A DNA stretch of 64,000 nucleotides from Candidatus Poribacteria bacterium. Its GTDB lineage: Bacteria; Poribacteria; WGA-4E; WGA-3G. Both the position numbers and the translations under genes were made by a program. The DNA lies in assembly GCA_965205015.1 (NCBI GenBank), contig OZ242029.1:2304001-2368000 (forward strand). The letters are read 5' to 3'. Below, in pieces: positions 57,110 to 64,000 of the stretch; position 1 is the first letter of the stretch; the number at the start of each line of letters is the position of its first letter. The notes under the pieces are model-generated. The model was not told the origin of the DNA. It saw only the letters and a list, made by a program, of their open reading frames with translations, and did no database searches.

Positions 57110-59329
57110 ATGATGATCCCGTTAATAAGTCTCATCTTGCTTTGCCCGCTTGCCGCATTTGCGATCTTTGGGCTTTTGGGCTTGGGAAATCGGAGTTTCC
57201 CGCGACAGGACTACCTATCCACTGCAGCAATGCTCATTGCGCTCGTATGTTCGTTCCTGCTTTTGGGAGAAGTCGGCCCCGAGCCAGAACCTCATACAGT
57301 TAAGTGGATTTCGCTCGGTGGTGTTACCTTCTCTATGGGTTTTTATTTGGACAGCGTCACAGCGATCATGCTGATTGTCGTCACGCTCGTCAGTAGCCTC
57401 GTCCATATTTTCTCGATGGGCTACATGCACGGTGATCCGAGATACCCACGGTTTTTTGCCTATCTTTCGCTTTTCTCCTTTTCGATGCTTTTCTTGGTCG
57501 TGTCGGATAACCTGCTCGGTATTTATATCGGTTGGGAACTCGTTGGACTCTGTTCCTATCTGCTCATCGGTTTCTGGTTTGAAAAGGACTCCGCCGCGGA
57601 TGCGTGTAAAAAGGCGTTCTTGACGACGCGTGTCGGTGATGTCGGTATGTTCATCGGCATGATGATGCTCTTCACTAAGTTTAAGACGCTCTCGCTCTAC
57701 GGAGAAGGCGGTATTTTTGCCCTCGCCGCCAGCCTGAATACCGGCGATATGGTATGGCTCTCGATCGCGGGGGTCCTCATCTTTTGCGGTGCCATCGGTA
57801 AATCGGCACAGGTGCCGCTACATACATGGCTTCCTGACGCAATGGAAGGTCCTACACCCGTCAGTGCTTTGATTCATGCCGCTACGATGGTTGCTGCTGG
57901 CGTGTATCTCACCGCTCGGATGTTCCCTATTCTGACGGAGACGTCATCCTTAGTCATCGCCTATATCGGTGGTATCACCGCACTTATCGCTGCAACTATC
58001 GCTATTGTCCGTTTCGACATTAAACGGGTTCTGGCATATTCCACGATTAGCCAACTTGGGTATATGATGCTTGGGATTGGCGTTGGTAGTTATGTCGCAG
58101 GGCTTTTCCACCTCACGACACACGCCTTTTTCAAAGCACTGCTGTTTCTCGGTTCAGGAAGCGTTATCCACGCCTTCCATGCCATGCATGCGCACGCACA
58201 TGATGATGAACACGTCCACGATGACCACGATACGCACGGACATGACCACGATAACCACGGTTTAGTACATGCTCACGGTTCGGAAATTCCGCCCGATCAG
58301 GACATGCGAAACATGGGTGGGTTGCGCCACAAAATGCCAATTACTTTTGTCACAATGCTCATCGCAACGTTGTCTATTTCTGGGGTGCCTTTTGTCTTCT
58401 CTGGGTTCTGGAGTAAGGACGCAATCTTAGCCGGCGTGCTGGGGCGGGCGATGGAATGGAACTCTGTTCATCACTATCTCCTCTTCGGTATCGCACTCTT
58501 TGCCGCTGGAATTACGGCGTTCTATATGTTCCGACTGATTTTCATGACCTTCTTCGGTGAACCACGCAATCAGGAGATGCACGACATGGCGCATGAATCC
58601 CCGAAGTCGATGACCGTGCCACTCCTTATTCTGGCAGTTCTGAGTCTGCCTATCGTGAATACACTTTGGTTTAACCAAGACTATGTTAAACCACCAGAAC
58701 AACCACATCTTCATGCCCCGCAGCATGCACATGTCTCACCTGACAGCAAAACTGACACGGTCGGAGCCACGCTATCACTCTTCGGTGTTTCTGAAGCAGT
58801 CGCAGCCGAAGAAGGCGGACACGACACACACGGCGCACACGCGGATGATGGGCATCATGGACACGGTCCCGCACATACCATCGCGATGGTACTATCTATC
58901 TGCGTCGCTGGATTCGGTATCCTGTTTTCATGGTTGTTCTACCACAGGAGAACGTTGTCTGCCGAATCTGTCGCAACGACTTTCCGACCGCTTTATAATC
59001 TTTTCTGGCACAAATACTACTTTGACGAATTTTACGACGGTGTATTGGTCGCGCTAACGGTGTATAAAGCACGACTCTTCGCTCAATTTGATGGGATTAT
59101 CGTTGACGGCATCGTCAACGGTGTTGGAAAAGTGACGCGGGACTTCCTCGCCGTGTTCATCGGCTTCTTTGATAATCGTGTCGTCGATGGCATGGTCAAT
59201 CGAGTCGCTCAGGTTACATGGGCAGTCGGCGGAAGGGTCCGTCGGATCCAGACCGGCGCGATTCAGACCTATCTCTTCGTTGTGCTGGCTGGAATTGTGT
59301 TGTTAATCTTAATTTTCCGGGCTTTTTAA
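57110..59329 (+). CDS. nuoL: NADH-quinone oxidoreductase subunit L with His-rich insertions
   Basis: GKSAQVPLHTWLPDAMEGPTPVSALIHAATMV, HAFFKALLFL, SGFWSKD, QTG. Confidence 0.97.
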   Translation: MMIPLISLILLCPLAAFAIFGLLGLGNRSFPRQDYLSTAAMLIALVCSFLLLGEVGPEPEPHTVKWISLGGVTFSMGFYLDSVTAIMLIVVTLVSSLVHIFSMGYMHGDPRYPRFFAYLSLFSFSMLFLVVSDNLLGIYIGWELVGLCSYLLIGFWFEKDSAADACKKAFLTTRVGDVGMFIGMMMLFTKFKTLSLYGEGGIFALAASLNTGDMVWLSIAGVLIFCGAIGKSAQVPLHTWLPDAMEGPTPVSALIHAATMVAAGVYLTARMFPILTETSSLVIAYIGGITALIAATIAIVRFDIKRVLAYSTISQLGYMMLGIGVGSYVAGLFHLTTHAFFKALLFLGSGSVIHAFHAMHAHAHDDEHVHDDHDTHGHDHDNHGLVHAHGSEIPPDQDMRNMGGLRHKMPITFVTMLIATLSISGVPFVFSGFWSKDAILAGVLGRAMEWNSVHHYLLFGIALFAAGITAFYMFRLIFMTFFGEPRNQEMHDMAHESPKSMTVPLLILAVLSLPIVNTLWFNQDYVKPPEQPHLHAPQHAHVSPDSKTDTVGATLSLFGVSEAVAAEEGGHDTHGAHADDGHHGHGPAHTIAMVLSICVAGFGILFSWLFYHRRTLSAESVATTFRPLYNLFWHKYYFDEFYDGVLVALTVYKARLFAQFDGIIVDGIVNGVGKVTRDFLAVFIGFFDNRVVDGMVNRVAQVTWAVGGRVRRIQTGAIQTYLFVVLAGIVLLILIFRAF

Positions 59330-59436
59330 TGATGCGCAAGGCGTTAGCAAGGGTAATTTGTTTATTGACGGTTTTTTCTGGGAGTCGCCTGCTCCGTTGT
59401 TGCAGGCTGCCGTCTTAAGCTAATTTTACAAAACGC

Positions 59437-59525
59437 ATCGTCCGTAATGAAATGGAGGACGGGTATACGGAAAGGCATTCTAAACCCCAAACCCGCCTGA
59501 CCGAACCGCAAGGAATAATTAAAAA
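59437..59525 (+). repeat. Dispersed CCGCAAGG element, copy E
   Basis: atcgtccgtaatgaaatggaggacgggtat...aaccgcaaggaataattaaaaa directly before the nuoM ATG. Confidence 0.72.
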
Positions 59526-61037
59526 ATGTTACTATCGCTGATGATTTTTATCCCGTTGCTCGGGATGATCGCTGTTTTACTTCTGCCGCGCGAGTCAGAG
59601 GAACTGGTTAAACGCGTTACGCTCCTCTTTACACTCATCCCACTCGCACTCGCAGTCGCTTTATTCATATCCTACGACCGCTCGACTGCAGGAACGCAGT
59701 ATGTCGTTAACGTTCCTTGGATCCAAGCGTTTAACATCCAATATCACATCGGCATTGATGGGCTCAGTGTGACGCTTCTGCTCCTCACTGCGCTCTTAGG
59801 TCCCATCTGCGTTATTGCCTCTTGGCGCAACATCGAAAAAGGTATCAAGGCTTATATGGCGTTGTTCCTACTGCTTGAGACCGGAATGTTGGGGTTCTTT
59901 GCCGCCTTGGATCTGTTCCTTTTCTACGTCTTTTTTGAATTGACACTCCTGCCGATGTACTTCCTGATCGGTATCTGGGGTGGACCGCGCCGCGAATACG
60001 CTGCGATTAAGTTCTTCCTCTATACCCTCTTCGGCAGTGTGTTAATGTTGGTGGCAATGATAGCGGTTTATCTCAACAGTGGTGCCCCGGGGGCGCGAAC
60101 CTTTGATATTCCGACACTCATTACGTTAGCATCTACGGAAGGACACGCGCTTAACACCCTCAACTTCCAGATCTGGGTCTTCCTCGGTTTCTTTATCGGG
60201 TTTGCCGTTAAGGTGCCGATCTTCCCGTTCCATACGTGGCTTCCCGATGCACACGTCGAAGCACCGACAGCCATTAGCGTTATCCTTGCCGGGATTCTCC
60301 TAAAGATGGGGACTTATGGGTTGGTTCGGGTTAATATGGCGATGTTTCCACACGGCTTGGACTTCTTCTGTAATGGAATCGGTTTCTGGGGCAACAGTCT
60401 CGCACTTCTTGGGTTTATTAATATCGTCTACGGCTCCTTCTGCGCATTGGCACAAACCGACTTTAAGAAGTTGGTCGCATATTCGAGTATCGGACACATG
60501 GGCTTCGTCATCTTAGGACTTTCCGCCCGAAATGACAGCGGCATCACTGGGGCAATTCTTCAGATGTTTAACCACGGTGTTATCAGCGCGATGCTCTTCC
60601 TACTCGTCGGTGTTCTTTACGACAGGGCACACCATCGTGAAATCAACGGATTCGGCGGTCTGGGAACCAAAATGCCTGTCTACACCGGCATTACGACGCT
60701 TGCGTTCATGGCTTCTTTGGGATTGCCCGGCTTGAGCGGATTCGTCGGAGAGGCGCTCTCCTTACTCGGTGCCTACGATAAATTCAAACTATTGACCATC
60801 TTATCCACAATCGGTATTGTTGTCGGTGCGGCATATTTCCTCTGGACGCTCCAAAGGGTTTTCTTAGGGACACTCAATCCTAAATATGAAGACCTTCCCG
60901 AAATCAATGGACGCGAAATCCTGACGCTGGTGCCGCTTGGAATCCTAACCATTGTGCTTGGTGTCTGGCCCAACTTCGCTATTGATATGTTTAGAGAATC
61001 GGTTACCAACCTCATAGACGTCCTACAGGCGATATAG
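59526..61037 (+). CDS. nuoM: NADH-quinone oxidoreductase subunit M
   Basis: GIDGLS, PMYFLIGIWGG, PFHTWLPDAHVEAPT, LLKMGTYG, GLPGLSGFVGE. Confidence 0.97.
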   Translation: MLLSLMIFIPLLGMIAVLLLPRESEELVKRVTLLFTLIPLALAVALFISYDRSTAGTQYVVNVPWIQAFNIQYHIGIDGLSVTLLLLTALLGPICVIASWRNIEKGIKAYMALFLLLETGMLGFFAALDLFLFYVFFELTLLPMYFLIGIWGGPRREYAAIKFFLYTLFGSVLMLVAMIAVYLNSGAPGARTFDIPTLITLASTEGHALNTLNFQIWVFLGFFIGFAVKVPIFPFHTWLPDAHVEAPTAISVILAGILLKMGTYGLVRVNMAMFPHGLDFFCNGIGFWGNSLALLGFINIVYGSFCALAQTDFKKLVAYSSIGHMGFVILGLSARNDSGITGAILQMFNHGVISAMLFLLVGVLYDRAHHREINGFGGLGTKMPVYTGITTLAFMASLGLPGLSGFVGEALSLLGAYDKFKLLTILSTIGIVVGAAYFLWTLQRVFLGTLNPKYEDLPEINGREILTLVPLGILTIVLGVWPNFAIDMFRESVTNLIDVLQAI

Positions 61038-61053
61038 GAGGTTTGAGGAAAGT

Positions 61054-62544
61054 ATGCAACCCTTAAGCAACATCGGAAGCCTCCTCTACTTCAGTCCAGA
61101 AATCCTCCTCGTGATTTTTGCCGCAGCTGTTGTGCTCCTTGATCTCGTTGTGAAAGATAGAGAGAGTTCCGCGGTCGCACATCTCTCCCTCGCAGGATGT
61201 ATTTGTGTCTTCGCCGCTGTCCTGATCACGCATTTCTCTTTCGGCAATGAAGGTCCTATTTCCCTCTTTTTCGGAATGATCCGACTTGACACGTTTTCCA
61301 GTTTTTTCAAGGTGCTGCTGCTGCTTGCAACCGCTGCAACGATTCTCTTTTCTCTCCGCTCCGAGGAACTCGACGCGCGGTTGAAAGGCGAATACTACGC
61401 ACTCTTGTTAGCGATTACCCTTGGGATGTTCCTGATGGCATCGTCGACGAATCTGTTGATGATATTCATCTCGTTGGAAACGGTGAGTCTTACCTCCTAT
61501 ATCCTCGCTGGGTTCTTGACGCATAATCCCCGTTCCAGTGAAGCGGCGTTCAAATACATTACGTATGGCGCAGTCGCCTCCGGAACCATGCTCTTCGGGC
61601 TGTCCCTCCTCTTCGGGATGGCTGGTTCTGGCGATCTCGGTCAAATTAGCGTGCGACTCACGGAACTCCTCGCAGCCGGGGACGTTGCGCCTCTTGCCGT
61701 GTTGATTGCGATAACCTTCATTCTTGCGGGTGTCGGCTATAAGATAGCCTCAGTTCCGTTTCACATGTGGTCCCCCGATGTTTACGAAGGCGCGCCTATT
61801 CCGATCACCGCTTTTCTGTCAGTCGCTTCAAAATCCGCAGGTTTTGCCCTGTTCATCAGATTTTTCTACGCCGGGTTTGGCAACTCTGAATTGATGCAAG
61901 CTGTTGATTGGACCCTTATGTTGGCGATCGTCTCCGCATTGACGATGACTGTCGGAAATCTTGCCGCTTTGCCACAACAGAATGTGAAACGTTTATTGGC
62001 GTATTCCAGCATCGCACACGGTGGTTACCTTTTGATGGGCGGTGTCCTGCTCACCTCTGAAGGCATCGGCGCGATCCTCTTCTACCTCGTTGTCTATCTC
62101 TTTATGAACTTGGGGGCGTTTTATGTCGTTGTGCTGATTGCGAACGAGGAGGGAACTGAGATGGTTGAGGGTTATCGGGGTCTTGCCTCGCGGGCACCGA
62201 TGGTCGCTTGGGCAATGGCGATTTTCCTATTTTCGCTGACCGGGATTCCGCCGTTCGCAGGTTTCTTCGGAAAATGGCTACTCTTTGCCGCTGTCCTTGA
62301 GCAAGGCTACTATTGGCTGGCACTTGTCGGTCTACTCAATAGCGTTGTCTCGCTCTACTATTATGCCCGCATTGTGAAAGCGATGTTTCTTGAAGATGCT
62401 GGCGAGGAAACAACGCAGGTCTCCTTTTCTACTGGTACCTTTGCCCTTTTGAGCGTCTTTGTCATCCCAACGATCCTCATCGGATTCCTCAATATTTTCT
62501 ATACCTTCTCCAATATCTCAGTTTCGGTCATGCCGATGCAGTAA
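61054..62544 (+). CDS. nuoN: NADH-quinone oxidoreductase subunit N
   Basis: EAAFKY, VPFHMWSPDVYEGAP, KRLLAYSSIAH, SLTGIPPFAGF.GK. Confidence 0.97.
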   Translation: MQPLSNIGSLLYFSPEILLVIFAAAVVLLDLVVKDRESSAVAHLSLAGCICVFAAVLITHFSFGNEGPISLFFGMIRLDTFSSFFKVLLLLATAATILFSLRSEELDARLKGEYYALLLAITLGMFLMASSTNLLMIFISLETVSLTSYILAGFLTHNPRSSEAAFKYITYGAVASGTMLFGLSLLFGMAGSGDLGQISVRLTELLAAGDVAPLAVLIAITFILAGVGYKIASVPFHMWSPDVYEGAPIPITAFLSVASKSAGFALFIRFFYAGFGNSELMQAVDWTLMLAIVSALTMTVGNLAALPQQNVKRLLAYSSIAHGGYLLMGGVLLTSEGIGAILFYLVVYLFMNLGAFYVVVLIANEEGTEMVEGYRGLASRAPMVAWAMAIFLFSLTGIPPFAGFFGKWLLFAAVLEQGYYWLALVGLLNSVVSLYYYARIVKAMFLEDAGEETTQVSFSTGTFALLSVFVIPTILIGFLNIFYTFSNISVSVMPMQ

Positions 62545-62648
62545 ATTTCCATGGCTACGTTTTACCTTGCGCAAAGTTTATCTTCAAGGTATAATGTTCG
62601 GAGAGTGGTTATCCTTTTTAATTCCTAAAAATGAAAAATCAGCATGGC

Positions 62649-62870
62649 ATGAATGATAAGCTCAAAGAAGAAATTGGCTGGTTAAAGGTTATATTTGCTA
62701 TTTTGCTTGCAACCGATATTTCTTTAATCGCTTGGCTCGTCCAGAATTATGGAAGAGTTAACTCAGTTCTTTTTCTCATCGGAGCTCTTGCGGCAATTCT
62801 ACTTACATTTCTAAATGTCTTGATTAATAGAATAGCATATCGAAAGATTGATGAATTGGAGGAAGATTGA
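62649..62870 (+). CDS. Small 2-TM protein (MNDKLKEEIGWLK...)
   Basis: Two hydrophobic helices with a KIDELEED tail; TTGCGC-17 bp-TATAAT promoter upstream. Confidence 0.7.
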   Translation: MNDKLKEEIGWLKVIFAILLATDISLIAWLVQNYGRVNSVLFLIGALAAILLTFLNVLINRIAYRKIDELEED

Positions 62871-62971
62871 TGAATTGGATGGAATGGGTTATTGCGGGTG
62901 TATTTATTGCTTTTCTTGCTGGTTTGGGTACAATCGTAGGCACTGCTATTAGACACGCGAACAAAAGTTAA
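62870..62971 (+). CDS. 33-aa single-TM peptide (MNWMEWVIAGVFIAFLAGLGTIVGTAIRHANKS)
   Basis: TGATG overlap with the previous gene; GGAGG RBS. Confidence 0.55.
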   Translation: MNWMEWVIAGVFIAFLAGLGTIVGTAIRHANKS

Positions 62972-62992
62972 ATTTACTTATCTGTCGAAAAA

Positions 62993-63021
62993 TTGACAAA
63001 CGCGATTTCTTAAGGTATACT
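62993..63021 (+). promoter_or_regulatory. Sigma70 promoter of the tRNA operon
   Basis: TTGACA-17 bp-TATACT. Confidence 0.75.
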
Positions 63022-63051
63022 TAAACATAACACGCCGCAAATGCGTGTTAA

Positions 63052-63122
63052 TGCCCGGTCGTCTAATGGTAGGACACGTGGCTCTGGACCACGTAGTGAA
63101 GGTTCGAGTCCTTCCCGGGCAG
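63052..63122 (+). tRNA. tRNA-Gln(CUG), CCA not encoded
   Basis: Acceptor TGCCCGG/CCGGGCA, anticodon arm CGTGG-CTCTGGA-CCACG, T-loop GTTCGAGTC. Confidence 0.96.
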
Positions 63123-63143
63123 TTCTTCCTATTATATCAATGT

Positions 63144-63215
63144 GCCGCTATCGTCTAGGGGTTAGGACGGGTGGTTCTCAGCCACCAAACCGGGGTTCGA
63201 ATCCCCGTAGCGGTA
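63144..63215 (+). tRNA. tRNA-Glu(CUC), CCA not encoded
   Basis: Acceptor GCCGCTA/TAGCGGT, anticodon arm GGTGG-TTCTCAG-CCACC, T-loop GTTCGAATC. Confidence 0.96.
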
Positions 63216-63231
63216 TTTCTTTACCTATAAG

Positions 63232-63264
63232 AGCGGTGCCATACTTCGGGACCGCTCATTTTTT
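63232..63264 (+). terminator. Probable intrinsic terminator after the tRNAs
   Basis: GAGCGGT...ACCGCTC stem followed by ATTTTTT. Confidence 0.65.
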
Positions 63265-63289
63265 CATGTCTTTAAAAAGGTAACGTCAG

Positions 63290-63613
63290 ATGAAACAGGC
63301 ACAAACGTTAGCAGAAGCCCAAAATCAATTGTTCGCGTCTATCCGTTCCTTTGCGGAACATACAGTTTATCGTGCTTGTTCCGGTTATTGTAATTCTGAG
63401 GAAGACACGTTTGCAGAAGTACAGCAGAATCTCTTGAATGCTCTGCGTAACTACGCAGAAACATTGGTTTATGATGCTTATTCGCGATATGACCCGTATG
63501 ACGGGGGCGAGTTTTTGACGCATGAAGCTTATGCGGAAATCTTAAAATCACTTGAGGATGATGAAGTAATTCCAATGGAAGATGTTGCCAAGGAGTTAGG
63601 GATCAAGTGGTGA
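63290..63613 (+). CDS. Putative antitoxin with an internally duplicated N-terminus
   Basis: LAEAQNQL..SIRSFAE.TVY.A repeats as FAEVQQNL..ALRNYAE.LVY.A; IPMEDVAKELG tail; overlaps a relE. Confidence 0.7.
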   Translation: MKQAQTLAEAQNQLFASIRSFAEHTVYRACSGYCNSEEDTFAEVQQNLLNALRNYAETLVYDAYSRYDPYDGGEFLTHEAYAEILKSLEDDEVIPMEDVAKELGIKW

Positions 63614-63804
63614 AACTCGGGTGGAAGAAACAAGCGCGTGATGTCTTTACCAAGTTGGACACTACTATTCAGAGACGTATCACCAATAAACTCGAAGAAA
63701 TAGTAGGGAATGCCCCGCGTTATCCTCACCGACCTCTGAGAGGAGACCTTGCTGGTAATTTTAGATTCCGAGTTGGAATCTACCGGATCGTTTATCGGAT
63801 TTAA
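63607..63804 (+). pseudogene. RelE family toxin, C-terminally truncated (65 aa)
   Basis: KLDTTIQRRI..KL, PLRGDLAGNFRFRVGIYRIVYRI, then a premature stop; the last strand and HR..VY are missing. Confidence 0.75.
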
Positions 63805-63840
63805 CCGAGTCTAAAACCCCTGAATTCATTCAGGGGATAC
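63805..63840. mobile_element. IS200/IS605-like end hairpin
   Basis: CCCCTGAA-ttca-TTCAGGGG at 63817-63836, shortly after TTTAA at the relE truncation point. No transposase is visible in the window. Confidence 0.5.
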
Positions 63841-63882
63841 AGTCTCGCCCTCTTGGAAAGGACCAAAGCGTTCATTTTTTGC

Positions 63883-63912
63883 TTGACGTTTGGTCCGAAA
63901 GTGTGGTATAAT
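63883..63912 (+). promoter_or_regulatory. Sigma70 promoter
   Basis: TTGACG-18 bp-TATAAT with an extended TG. Confidence 0.7.
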
Positions 63913-63916
63913 GAGA

Positions 63917-63998
63917 GTATCAGGTTGGCAGACATTACAAGCGTTACCTCTCGGTAATGTGTCTGCCTCCCACTTGTAAGGGGATAAATTCCTGATAC
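63917..63998 (+). ncRNA. Candidate structured RNA or leader with pseudoknot, family unknown
   Basis: GTATCAGG/CCTGATAC, GGCAGACA/TGTCTGCC, CGTTACC/GGTAATG, TCCC/GGGA and a crossing TTACAAG/CTTGTAA pair; begins at the predicted TSS. Confidence 0.55.
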
Positions 63999-64000
63999 CT

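Noticed and set aside
63052-63215. tRNA-targeted integrative element (att site)
   Set aside because: No duplicate of either tRNA 3' end and no integrase seen within the window.
63041-63283. 80-aa ORF in the track
   Set aside because: It overlaps two well-formed tRNA genes.

Overview
Bacterial genomic window of about 48-50% GC by eye. Its PhyH dioxygenases, sulfatase, TPR/SEL1 proteins and dispersed short repeats resemble Candidatus Poribacteria; that assignment is an inference. 1-22.9 kb is mostly metabolic: patatin, a Tat-exported SOD plus sulfite-oxidase-family enzyme, dacB, cimA, mazG, a NadD/Pof1-like enzyme, nfi, a sulfatase and an aminotransferase. It also holds a HigB toxin whose partner is a HigA-type N-terminal domain fused to 15 TPRs. 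About 22.9-46.5 kb is a defence island, nearly all on the minus strand. It carries a SoFic-like gene between two 65-bp double palindromes, a DprA-like gene, an ABC-ATPase/PIN pair, two Schlafen/AlbA_2 proteins, a PD-(D/E)XK protein and a split SEL1-trypsin gene. It also carries a PLD-SNF2 helicase and a type IIG-like adenine methyltransferase broken by a G11 tract and two IS insertions. That operon contains a RelE TA pair and starts with an antitoxin paralogue fused to an RNA polymerase alpha C-terminal domain. 50.4-62.5 kb is an 11-subunit complex I operon (nuoABCD-HIJKLMN, no nuoEFG) with unusual insertions. The window ends with tRNA-Gln, tRNA-Glu, a truncated RelE TA pair and a candidate pseudoknotted RNA. 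The most promising novel theme is antitoxins fused to sensor or decoy domains (alphaCTD, TPR array); the next is DNA repeat arrays flanking wHTH-bearing defence genes.
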